Source: a virus. Taken from it: a stretch of 64,000 nt of DNA. Each line of letters opens with the position of its first letter. The first letter of the stretch is position 1. Below, piece after piece: positions 1-8,620 of this stretch. A program made the translations under genes and the position numbers. The stretch covers positions 32,001 through 96,000 of the IMG/VR virus record IMGVR_UViG_3300043540_000321, one strand, 5' to 3'. The notes under the pieces are model-generated. The model did no database searches, was not told the DNA's origin, and saw nothing but the letters and a program-made list of their open reading frames with translations.

Positions 1-651
1 GTTCGCATCTCCAAAGATGAGACCCTGATCGTTCAGAAAGGGTGTGCCCGGGATTACGGGAAAAAGACAAACTTCGGAATCGCGTACATGCAGACCGCCC
101 AAGCAATGGCGCAACTGAACTATGTGCGTGAGGAAGAGTGTGCTCAGTGGATTAAGGCTCACCAATCGCTCTATCCTGAATTTCATGCCTGGGCTCAGGA
201 AAAGGCTGGGTTCTCGAATGCGAGAGGCTGGGTCGAGAACTCCCTGGGTCGAATCCGCTGGACGGCGGAAGATAACGCGAAGAAGGCTGGAGCATCCCCG
301 GCCCGATCGGGTGTAAACCACTGCATCCAATCGATGGCAGCGGAGCAAGCTAAGCTCGCGCTGTGGAAAATCTCTGAGCGTCTTGAAAAAGAACCTCTGG
401 CATTCCGACCCAAATTATCCATGCTCGTTCATGATGAGATCATCGTGATCGTTCCAGGAAAACTCATCTTGGATGAGACGAAGTGCATGTACGACGGTGT
501 GACCTTTGTACCTGTCTATCGTCCAGACGAAGATGTTAAATACTGGGCTAAAGAACTCCAGACGTTAATGGAGGAGGCTCAAGCTGAGACCTTCAACTGG
601 GAATTGCCGGGTAAAGCGGACCCTTCTACCTCCAGATTCTGGGCGCATTAG
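1..651 (+). CDS. polA: Family A DNA polymerase, C-terminal part (runs off the 5' end of the window)
   Basis: Frame is open from base 1. Motif B RDYGKKTNFGIAY (F at the 762-equivalent), NHCIQSMAAEQAKLA (N..IQG.AA..K.A) and motif C LVHDEI. Confidence 0.9.
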   Translation, partial: VRISKDETLIVQKGCARDYGKKTNFGIAYMQTAQAMAQLNYVREEECAQWIKAHQSLYPEFHAWAQEKAGFSNARGWVENSLGRIRWTAEDNAKKAGASPARSGVNHCIQSMAAEQAKLALWKISERLEKEPLAFRPKLSMLVHDEIIVIVPGKLILDETKCMYDGVTFVPVYRPDEDVKYWAKELQTLMEEAQAETFNWELPGKADPSTSRFWAH

Positions 652-730
652 CCGTTTCTCCGTCCTTTCAAATGAGTACTTGAGGCTCTCCTTTAGTCGC
701 AATACTGGAGGGAGAGCCTACTTCCTTTTT

Positions 731-1570
731 ATGTCTCCATCCACTTCTACTCCACAAAGTCCGCCAGCAGAGTCTGGAGTTAAACCTGTCCAAACCACCC
801 AGGCTCAAAATCTAACAACCACTCAGGCACATCCGGAGAACAAAGTTACGACTGATATTAAAGAGACGTTGTCTTCGATCGAAGGCTACCTCATTCTTAT
901 CGGTCTGTTGATTATTGCTGGGGCAATTCAGAGGTTTCTGATACCTTTGCTCCAAAGATGGCTAAGTCAACCGCTGCATCCGTTTAAGCACGACATGAAG
1001 ATAGCTCAGATGCTGAGCTTCCTCCTGGGACGGGCGGGTGAAGATGCCATTCGTATCGTCATGTACGAGTTCCACAACGGAGATATTACAGGGTCTGGTC
1101 GGCACTATAATCGAATCTCCATCACGAATGAAGAAGGGGTGCCTAAGGCTGCGCCTTTCTTCAAGGAGTACCAGAGTGCTCCAGTTGGGATTTTTAATAA
1201 ATCGATCGAGTCCTGTTTTAATAATGACCTGTTCAGGAACGAGGCCAATGTTCAGGACCTTGGAGAGCACGGAAAGATGCTTCAGGTCTATGGTGTAGTT
1301 CAGGTGGCTCAGTATCTCATCTACCAAGACCCTGTATACTACGGAATCCTGGAGATTCATTATGAGTCTGATGAATCTATTCCAGTATCCTTAAAGGAAG
1401 ATATGGAAGAGGTGGCGCTGCGGATCAGACATACCATGCAGACGGCAAACGCAAGTCTGTGGAATGCTATCTTTCAGCAATTCCGAAACACGTCTCTGCA
1501 ACAACAAGCCTCTTCTCTATCTAACGTTAACAACAGCAATATACCTCCACCTTCGTTCCCTCAGAAATGA
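731..1570 (+). CDS. Single-pass membrane protein with GAF-like C-terminal domain, putative T4 holin-T-like protein
   Basis: S/T/P/Q-rich N-terminus, one hydrophobic helix (YLILIGLLIIAGAIQRFLIPLL), then RIVMYEFHNG...RISITNE...YYGILEIHY, a pattern typical of GAF-like phage holin-T-type domains. ATG at 731 is preferred over the track's TTG start. Confidence 0.4.
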   Translation: MSPSTSTPQSPPAESGVKPVQTTQAQNLTTTQAHPENKVTTDIKETLSSIEGYLILIGLLIIAGAIQRFLIPLLQRWLSQPLHPFKHDMKIAQMLSFLLGRAGEDAIRIVMYEFHNGDITGSGRHYNRISITNEEGVPKAAPFFKEYQSAPVGIFNKSIESCFNNDLFRNEANVQDLGEHGKMLQVYGVVQVAQYLIYQDPVYYGILEIHYESDESIPVSLKEDMEEVALRIRHTMQTANASLWNAIFQQFRNTSLQQQASSLSNVNNSNIPPPSFPQK

Positions 1571-2166
1571 TCGAAAAGTCGTTTGGTCGCCTATTCACTA
1601 TCCGGAAATGGGTTCGAGACCCTCAATGGATTCTCGACCATCATCCCCAGGTCTATCTTTCAAGTCAGATTGGAAAGATAGAGACCGCCCTGTACCTGTC
1701 CGAAGAGCAGACTGTTACCCTACAGGTATCCTCACACCGGGACTTGTTATTCGTGCTGGACTGCAACAGAGGTAATTACAGCCTGCGGATTCCAATCGGG
1801 AACCTCGTTTATTCAAACGAGACCTCGTCTGGGTTCCTCTATGGGATTTTCTCGGACATCGATCGCATTAACTACAATGCGAAAAGAGGGAAGGTAGCAA
1901 TAGCACCTAACTCTTTAGGGCCGGGACTACTCATCGTCTATGTTGTCGAACTGAACCTGTGGCAAAGGTCTCGAAAGAGTGCCTTTACTCGGCTGATGGA
2001 CAACTTACGGTATGAGGTCAACATGATCCTGAACCCGAAGCTGGCGGAAATCTTTCAGGAAAGGGATAGTTATCAGACGATGCTTTCCGAATTCAATCTA
2101 GGAGAGATTGAAAAGTTACCTCCGTTACATGACGACGGAGAGGACGACCTAAACTCACTTGCTTGA
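1567..2166 (+). CDS. Hypothetical protein (199 aa)
   Basis: ORF coupled by ATGA overlap to the upstream gene; acidic C-terminus; no motif recognised. Confidence 0.6.
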   Translation: MIEKSFGRLFTIRKWVRDPQWILDHHPQVYLSSQIGKIETALYLSEEQTVTLQVSSHRDLLFVLDCNRGNYSLRIPIGNLVYSNETSSGFLYGIFSDIDRINYNAKRGKVAIAPNSLGPGLLIVYVVELNLWQRSRKSAFTRLMDNLRYEVNMILNPKLAEIFQERDSYQTMLSEFNLGEIEKLPPLHDDGEDDLNSLA

Positions 2167-3500
2167 TATGTTCGATGACTATACGTTTCGCGCAAGCACT
2201 CAACCTTAAAGGCCTGTTGGCAAAGGTCTATAGTTATTCTCCAGATGAGATTTTGACCGCAACGAGTTGTGTGCTTTTAAGACAACTCGCATTTAATAAA
2301 ACCCAACTGACCTCTATAGAGCCTCGCCGAGCTATTTTTCGACGAGAGTTCATCCACCAAGGCGCAGATGAGGGAGGCATGGAAGGGATCGAGCTCCTGA
2401 TTGACCAGAAGGAGTTGAAAGAGCGTCTAGACAGATTGGTTGCTGGAAACACTGGGAGCTTAACACTCAAGACCGAGCGGGGTCGGCTGGTTCTAAAGGC
2501 TGACTATTACGTGTCGGCAAGCGGAGCTGAGCGCCAGCGGGCGAGCAGTACCATCCGTCAGTACCCTGGACCGACATCCGACTTTGGACCCCTGATTGAT
2601 TTTGAGGGAGACTCTATTGTTTCGGTGTCTGCAGACGAATTTAACCAGGCTGTCTTCCTCTTAGATTCCTTCGCAGGTCTTTCTAATGAGAAACCTTTCG
2701 AAGGGGATGCGGCAAACACCTTGGCCCTAGTCGAAATCGATCGCGACCGCCTGACGTTGTCTGCATCCTTCAAGTCCGCCTACTTAGCATACGCTCAACT
2801 ATCCATCCCTGTCTGCGCCAATAACTTGACCGCCCCTATGAAGTTCGCGATCGAGGGCCGGCAGCTCAAACGTCTGTCCGGACTGGGCGGCTCTAAAGAT
2901 TTGGTCGATGTCTACATCACAAAGGATGGAGACGATGAAGAGGCCGGAGAAGAGTGGGTCACTTTTGCAGGTCCAGCGGGGTCGACCAGTCTCAGAATGT
3001 ACCCATTGAATGTTCGTTTGCGACAGGATACCGTCTTGTTTAACGACCATCCGGACCTGAGCAGTTATGCTACCCGACTTCCTTCTATTGACGAGATGGT
3101 CTCGGCTGTGATTATTCAACAGCCTTCTAATTCCGACCCTCAGCAGGACCTACTCCTTATGGAGAAGTCTGGGCAGATGGTCGTTCTTCAATCTGGGAAA
3201 GTCGGTGACTTTGACCAGGCGGTCGCCCCTTTCGACCCAGTTAACTCTGAGGGTAGTTGGGCACCGGTACTGATCAACAGTAAGACGCTTCTGTCGTCTC
3301 TGAAACTGGTTAAGACCTACTTGGGCCGATTAAAAATTCAGTCCGCTAATGCCGTAATGAACCAGAAGATCTTAACCTTTAAGAAGGGAGGAAAGTCCTG
3401 GGTTCTCTACGTCAAGCCAGCGATGATGGATGGAATCGAACTCAATTTCCTTCTGCAATGTTCCCTAGCCACACCTGACCAAATCAACACAGACGAATAA
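2163..3500 (+). CDS. DNA sliding clamp, beta-clamp (DnaN)-like
   Basis: 445 aa with a repeated alpha/beta pattern resembling DnaN (e.g. DFGPLIDFEGDSIVSVSADEFNQAVFLLDSFA, like eFP.lp...f.i...l...i..v.fA). Lies in the replication block with a DnaX-like gene. Confidence 0.55.
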   Translation: MICSMTIRFAQALNLKGLLAKVYSYSPDEILTATSCVLLRQLAFNKTQLTSIEPRRAIFRREFIHQGADEGGMEGIELLIDQKELKERLDRLVAGNTGSLTLKTERGRLVLKADYYVSASGAERQRASSTIRQYPGPTSDFGPLIDFEGDSIVSVSADEFNQAVFLLDSFAGLSNEKPFEGDAANTLALVEIDRDRLTLSASFKSAYLAYAQLSIPVCANNLTAPMKFAIEGRQLKRLSGLGGSKDLVDVYITKDGDDEEAGEEWVTFAGPAGSTSLRMYPLNVRLRQDTVLFNDHPDLSSYATRLPSIDEMVSAVIIQQPSNSDPQQDLLLMEKSGQMVVLQSGKVGDFDQAVAPFDPVNSEGSWAPVLINSKTLLSSLKLVKTYLGRLKIQSANAVMNQKILTFKKGGKSWVLYVKPAMMDGIELNFLLQCSLATPDQINTDE

Positions 3501-3766
3501 TGCCACTCATCCATAAAGGACTCGTAAAACTTTTAGAGGAAGCAGGCGAGCTTCAGCAGATTGTTGCGAAGAAGATTAGCTACATGGACACGGATATCCA
3601 TCCCGACGGGAAGGGAAGCTTAAAGGAAAGGATGGAAGACGAGATCGCCGATCTCCTAGCCGCGACTGAGTACGTCACGCATCAGTTTAACCTTGACCAG
3701 TTCAGGATTGAAAGTCGAAAGAGAGACAAACTACGAGTCTTCAAGATTTATGCGGGAGAACCCTGA
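3500..3766 (+). CDS. mazG: MazG-like nucleoside triphosphate pyrophosphohydrolase
   Basis: KLLEEAGELQQ ... EDEIADLL: the EExxE / ExxD metal-binding helices of the all-alpha NTP-PPase fold. Confidence 0.8.
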   Translation: MPLIHKGLVKLLEEAGELQQIVAKKISYMDTDIHPDGKGSLKERMEDEIADLLAATEYVTHQFNLDQFRIESRKRDKLRVFKIYAGEP

Positions 3767-3962
3767 AAAGTATAAAATTCGGTACCCGTCTTATCTCCCC
3801 TGGAGTAGTCAACAATGGTTGGTCGCCCAGGGGGACGTTCTTTTAAGTGACGAGGACGGGACTCATTACTTAGTCACCCGGGTGTACAAGTCTCCAGTAC
3901 CCGGCGAGAAACCTGTAATCTACGCAAGGGAAATCGAAAGTGACCTGCACGACATACAGTGA
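3750..3962 (+). CDS. Hypothetical protein (70 aa)
   Basis: ATG at 3750 overlapping the mazG end; fills the gap in the operon. Confidence 0.5.
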   Translation: MRENPEKYKIRYPSYLPWSSQQWLVAQGDVLLSDEDGTHYLVTRVYKSPVPGEKPVIYAREIESDLHDIQ

Positions 3963-4686
3963 TGGTAGCGATCGCCACCCACTTATTCAGTTCAATCGCG
4001 AATGTAGCGGTTGCAGTTTTAGAAAAGGAAAGGCTGTTGGTGGGGCAGGGCCAGATGACCTGTCTCAGGTGAGACTCATTCTGATATCGGACTACCCCGG
4101 ACACTATGAGTCCGAGGACAACATCCCGTTTGTCTCTAATGATGTCAAGCGTCAGCCTCAGGTTAGTAGAGGAAAGGTCTCCCTTCTGGGGTTCCGCAAT
4201 GCGGGCAGTGCCATCCGATATTATTTGGAGGAGCTGAGGCTGGACACCTTCACAGAGGTCTGGATGACCAACGCGGTCCGATGTGACCCCGAAGGAAAGT
4301 CCATACCGGACAAGCATCTGAAGGCCTGTGTCTCCTCCTGGTTGAGCAACGACTTGCGCGTGCTTGACCAGTATGTTCCTGATGTTCCTATTCTGATAGC
4401 CGGCAGTGTCGCGTTTCGGGCACTTCAGCTCTTGGATGCCCGGTTCAAAAAACTGAAGTTAAGAAACTGCAGGCGGACGAATAACTACAGGCTGGGATTA
4501 CATCCGCTGGTCTTTACATACAATCCGGTTGCAGTTGGGCGATCGGAGATGAGAGTAGAGTCGGACATCGAGCTCGATGCTTACAATCAGTACAAAGTTC
4601 GAGAGGTAAGGACTTTACCTGAGTTGCCAGGCTCTCCAGTCTGGCAGTTCAGACGAGACCTGGGTTATCTGAAGGATCTGCTTTAG
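3940..4686 (+). CDS. Uracil-DNA glycosylase family 4-like (4Fe-4S) protein with divergent motifs
   Basis: CSGC, ILISDYPG..E..IPFV (GEAPG..E..PFV), TNAVRCDP (N.VKCRP), KAC, FTYNP (T.HP). Confidence 0.8.
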   Translation: MTCTTYSDGSDRHPLIQFNRECSGCSFRKGKAVGGAGPDDLSQVRLILISDYPGHYESEDNIPFVSNDVKRQPQVSRGKVSLLGFRNAGSAIRYYLEELRLDTFTEVWMTNAVRCDPEGKSIPDKHLKACVSSWLSNDLRVLDQYVPDVPILIAGSVAFRALQLLDARFKKLKLRNCRRTNNYRLGLHPLVFTYNPVAVGRSEMRVESDIELDAYNQYKVREVRTLPELPGSPVWQFRRDLGYLKDLL

Positions 4687-4871
4687 GGTCTTGGGGGGGG
4701 GGGGGGGGGAAGTTACTACATTCAAGTCGGATGGTACCTGCCGCTGAGTTGTTATCGAGTGTCAGGTCTATTGGAATATGCCCGGGGTTTTCTTTCATCA
4801 TTTGAACAAAGTAGCCAATGACGCAGTAGATCCCAGTCATATTGCCATAAAGCTCAATTTTTAAGACGCAT
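4683..4871 (-). pseudogene. Candidate small frameshifted gene MRLK/IELYGNMTGIYC...CSNFPPPPP, broken at A5 and C17 runs
   Basis: GGGGGA SD-like sequence 5 nt before ATG(4871). Removing one A from the A5 run and adding one C to the C17 run gives a 62-aa ORF whose TAA overlaps the UDG stop tail-to-tail. Confidence 0.3.
4693..4709 (+). repeat. G17 homopolymer tract
   Basis: 17 consecutive G directly visible; by far the longest homopolymer seen in the window. Confidence 0.95.
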
Positions 4872-4925
4872 GAGTTTCCCCCACGCGGTCTAGCTCTGTC
4901 CAAGTCATTCAATTCGCCCACTACT

Positions 4926-6653
4926 ATGACCTCCATTATTTACAGCGAGTCATCCGAAAGAGTTTTAGACGAGGAATTTCTAAAGAATGACACTTGTTTA
5001 TGGATTCCCCGTCCTATATCAGACCTAAATACGGCTGACTTAACAAACGGTCTCAATAGTTTAGACCTTGAGAGGAAAACGCGAGCGTTATACGAGCAGA
5101 CTCTTAAGGAGAATCCCTTCCTTAAAAAGAGACCTTACCAGTTTGAATACGCAGCTCTATACGCAAGTCGCAGAAAAAATATCTGCGCGGGAGCCCCAGG
5201 GATTGGAAAAACCTTGATTGCTGGTCTGACCATCGCATCGGTCTATCCAGACATCAAAAAATCCAGACCTGGTAGAGTTCATGTCATTGTTCCTTCCGTT
5301 GCTTCGGCTAGAGTTCGATGGGCTGTTGACCTTGAACGAATTCCTGCATTAGCGGGGCTCATTCAAGTGATTGACTCAGAAAAAGCAGTCATAGAATCAA
5401 CAGCGCCCGTCTGGGTATATCACATGGACTTGATGAAAAGGCAGTCCAAGTTATTAAAAACAACTCGTAGGTCATTCAGCCGGTTGGCGTTCAAGTTACA
5501 CCGTTTACCTTCGTTCCTGATTGTAGATGAAATTCATAACTTCAAGAAAGGGTCGAAGAGGACACAACATCTCAATTTCATACGAAGACACGCTAAAAGG
5601 GTTCTAGCCCTGTCTGGTACATTATCGGACGGAGACCTACAAGATGTTTCTGACCTGTGCCAGTTAGTATACGGAAACATATGGAATTACTCGTCTAAAG
5701 ACTTTGTCAGAGAGTTCGGGACCAAGACTCAAGTCCAAACGAACTACATGCTCGGAGAGGTAGACCTGGATGATGATGTACCAAAACGCTATCTCGCGCA
5801 TCTATCTGTGGGTAGGCTTCGCCCTTACTACGATGCTGTTTCTCCTTTTATCCACAGAGCGACGTTAGACGACCCCAATATCCGGTGGTGCGTCGACCTT
5901 CCAAAGCTTCTCCCAATAGAAGTCCATGCAGTTCAGATGGACCCAGAGCACGCCGAAGTCTACAGACGAGCTCTTCATCAACACTTCGACGAGATGGAGA
6001 GACTATTACAGTATCCAGATGGGCAGGGCGTTCGAGCGAAAGCGTTCTCTCTTATCCATCGATTAATGAAGGTCTCAAACGCCAAGGACTCCGCGAAGGC
6101 TCGCGAGTGCCTCAATATTGTTCGGGAGGTTATTCGGCGTGGGGAGAAGGCCGTCGTCTTCACTGAATTTATAGACCCAGGTCGACACTTAAAAGAGCTA
6201 TTCAAGAGAGAACTGGGACAGGCTGTCGTGAGGATATATGCCGAAGACGACCTGGAAGAACCCAGACGTTTAAGCGGAGAGGAGAGGGTCGATCGGATTG
6301 ACCGTTTCATGTATGATCCATCCTGCACGGCCGGAATATTCTCCCGCCGTCTGACTGGTGAAAGTATCGATCTGACATCTGCGTCTACATCGGTCTTCCA
6401 CGACTTACCGTGGGAGGCCAAGCGATTTAACCAGGCCGTATCGAGGGTTTACCGCCCGGGTTCAGTAGCTAACGAAGTGCATACTCATGTGACCTGTCAT
6501 GCAGGTACGGTGGATGTTCATGTATGGTCTCTGCTACTGGAGAAGATCCGCTCGTCTCGTCTTCTTCTTGATTATGATGTAGAACAAGGATTGGAAGTCG
6601 GACAAATCGACCCCTTGCAAGTTCTAGCCCGTATTGTGCATCAGGAAAGATAA
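4926..6653 (+). CDS. SNF2-like superfamily 2 helicase/ATPase
   Basis: GAPGIGKT (I), LIVDEIH (II), LSGT (III), C-terminal helicase domain with GESIDLT and QAVSRVYRPG. Confidence 0.85.
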   Translation: MTSIIYSESSERVLDEEFLKNDTCLWIPRPISDLNTADLTNGLNSLDLERKTRALYEQTLKENPFLKKRPYQFEYAALYASRRKNICAGAPGIGKTLIAGLTIASVYPDIKKSRPGRVHVIVPSVASARVRWAVDLERIPALAGLIQVIDSEKAVIESTAPVWVYHMDLMKRQSKLLKTTRRSFSRLAFKLHRLPSFLIVDEIHNFKKGSKRTQHLNFIRRHAKRVLALSGTLSDGDLQDVSDLCQLVYGNIWNYSSKDFVREFGTKTQVQTNYMLGEVDLDDDVPKRYLAHLSVGRLRPYYDAVSPFIHRATLDDPNIRWCVDLPKLLPIEVHAVQMDPEHAEVYRRALHQHFDEMERLLQYPDGQGVRAKAFSLIHRLMKVSNAKDSAKARECLNIVREVIRRGEKAVVFTEFIDPGRHLKELFKRELGQAVVRIYAEDDLEEPRRLSGEERVDRIDRFMYDPSCTAGIFSRRLTGESIDLTSASTSVFHDLPWEAKRFNQAVSRVYRPGSVANEVHTHVTCHAGTVDVHVWSLLLEKIRSSRLLLDYDVEQGLEVGQIDPLQVLARIVHQER

Positions 6654-7762
6654 TGTCCAATCTTGCATTGCAACTCGACCCTCAATATTGGAGGGATTTT
6701 AAGTTTCACAGTAGAGAAGCCAAACGCCTCCGCCATTTCTTAGAGGGAAACCCCTCAGATTTCCCCCCGGCGATCACGGTATCTGGATTTACAGGTACAG
6801 GAAAGGGTGCAGCCGTCCGCTTATTTCTTCGTGCTGCCCTGTGTCCCAACAGGAAGACCGGAGAGAGCGAATTATGTGGAGAGTGCGAGGTCTGCCGGTC
6901 AGACCCGAGAACCAGCAACCCCACCGGGAATTGGTTCTGGGTTCAACGAGGTCAAGATGCCACGCTGGCTGAGCAGTTTAAGAAAGTGATCGCGGAGGCA
7001 TTCCGTCCTCCTAACGGTTTCGCGGCTGATCATCTGAACCGTAAGTTCGTTGTTTTTGACGAGCTGCAAAGTGTACCTCGCGATCGCCTTCAGGACTTAT
7101 TGTTCTACCCTGAGCTCCCCTGCGTGATAGAGCGAACGAAAGTTACCTTCATCTTTATAACGATGGAGGAGGAGAGAGTCGATCCAACGACGCTGAAAGC
7201 TCTTGTCGATAGGACGTTTTATATGCGGTTCCGCCAGCTCCAGGACCACGAGATTGCCTCTTATATCCAGGAGAAATTTCCAAGTATGCCGGACGAGTCC
7301 GTCGAGTTAATAACGAAGCGGGCCGGAGGAAGTATTCGCAGCGCCCTGGCGGCGATCGACTCCTGCAAGATAGACGACCCCTATTTCCATCCAGTCAGCG
7401 TGGCGGAAACACTCTACTATGCCACTCGAGTCGAGAGACTGAAGCTGTATGAGATGCTCAGGATGTGTCGTTTCAATGCGAACTACTACCGAGAAATTAA
7501 TGAGTGGTGGAAACAGAATAGCGGCAGCATTGACCCCCACCAGTTAATTCAGCAGATCTTCTCCGATATCGATAAGGCTATGTGCAACCATCCTCATCAG
7601 GATCACCTGTTTGCAAAGGATATCCTCTATCGATATCTCACATCGACCGCTCCGTTGCGACCCCTCGATGTGTTGAAAATGCTGGCAGGCAAAGACCTCG
7701 CCGAGCCAGATGACCTTTCCCCGGAGACACCGAATGGTTATCAGCGAGTCTTCTCTCAATAG
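6653..7762 (+). CDS. Clamp-loader AAA+ ATPase, DnaX (gamma/tau)-like
   Basis: SGFTGTGKG Walker A, zinc module ALCPN...LCGECEVC, KFVVFDE Walker B, VDRT (SRC-like), GGSIRSAL sensor-2. Confidence 0.85.
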   Translation: MSNLALQLDPQYWRDFKFHSREAKRLRHFLEGNPSDFPPAITVSGFTGTGKGAAVRLFLRAALCPNRKTGESELCGECEVCRSDPRTSNPTGNWFWVQRGQDATLAEQFKKVIAEAFRPPNGFAADHLNRKFVVFDELQSVPRDRLQDLLFYPELPCVIERTKVTFIFITMEEERVDPTTLKALVDRTFYMRFRQLQDHEIASYIQEKFPSMPDESVELITKRAGGSIRSALAAIDSCKIDDPYFHPVSVAETLYYATRVERLKLYEMLRMCRFNANYYREINEWWKQNSGSIDPHQLIQQIFSDIDKAMCNHPHQDHLFAKDILYRYLTSTAPLRPLDVLKMLAGKDLAEPDDLSPETPNGYQRVFSQ

Positions 7763-8615
7763 CCTTTTGTCTCAAGTTGAGACAGGTAAGACTTATGTTG
7801 TGAAAGGAGCTCCACATCGACTGTACTGGATGCTCCGAAACGAGCCAAAGGTAGAGTTTCTGTGGAAGGTGAGTTTTCAAACGATGAAGGAGCATGTAGA
7901 GGGAGGGTTCTTCCCAGAGCCTAAGACCTACATTGCAATTCCTAACGAGCCTTTTCCAAAGGGGTTCAAGATGAACCCACGGCCCGAGTATCGCGTCTTT
8001 ATTCTGTGCAGCCCCTTTGATACTTTGGAGGGACCCCAGGAGAAGTTATATAAATGCGGGCTTCCTCAGATCGACTTGACTAAAGTCGACTGGGATAAAG
8101 AAAAGGGGAGTTTAATAAAAGATGCGCGGTGGCAACGGCTGGCGATCGACTTCGATGACTTATTCAGGCTGGAGTTTCAAGTGAAACTCCCAGACCCATT
8201 GGATTACAATGTGTATGACGATGTCGGAGAGAAGACTGCCGTTGAGTTAGTAGAGGCTCTCCATCGCCCAGATGCCGTTAAGGTCTGGTCATCCATACCC
8301 AGACGGTTAATTTACCCCCTTTTTCTTCCACACGAGCCAGAGAAGTCGATCCTGTACGCCACTTTGGTGACCGGGTCGAAGAAGTATAATACCTACGCGA
8401 TGTGCCCGCCGCTGTGGGTTTATTTAGAGGCTTTCCTCGGTCGCTACTCCACCTTAGAAGCCACAGCTTCCATGTTTGCGACCTGGGTTAGAGCGGCAAG
8501 TACCATACTTGCGACCGAAAGATGCCCTGGGTTTTATCCCAAGATTTATAAAGGGAAGACCTATTGGTCGTTTACCCCTTCGAACGAAGCTCATCAATTC
8601 GCAATCAACTACTGA
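7734..8615 (+). CDS. Hypothetical protein, possible clamp-loader delta-like subunit
   Basis: About 293 aa directly after the DnaX-like gene, with no intact Walker motifs; the assignment rests only on position and size. Confidence 0.3.
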   Translation: MVISESSLNSLLSQVETGKTYVVKGAPHRLYWMLRNEPKVEFLWKVSFQTMKEHVEGGFFPEPKTYIAIPNEPFPKGFKMNPRPEYRVFILCSPFDTLEGPQEKLYKCGLPQIDLTKVDWDKEKGSLIKDARWQRLAIDFDDLFRLEFQVKLPDPLDYNVYDDVGEKTAVELVEALHRPDAVKVWSSIPRRLIYPLFLPHEPEKSILYATLVTGSKKYNTYAMCPPLWVYLEAFLGRYSTLEATASMFATWVRAASTILATERCPGFYPKIYKGKTYWSFTPSNEAHQFAINY

Positions 8616-8620
8616 CTGAA

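Noticed and set aside
4649-4936. The track's 95-aa - strand ORF taken as an intact gene
   Set aside because: It overlaps both neighbours and depends on the exact G17 length; the SD-led, frameshifted reading (4683-4871) fits better, and both are uncertain.
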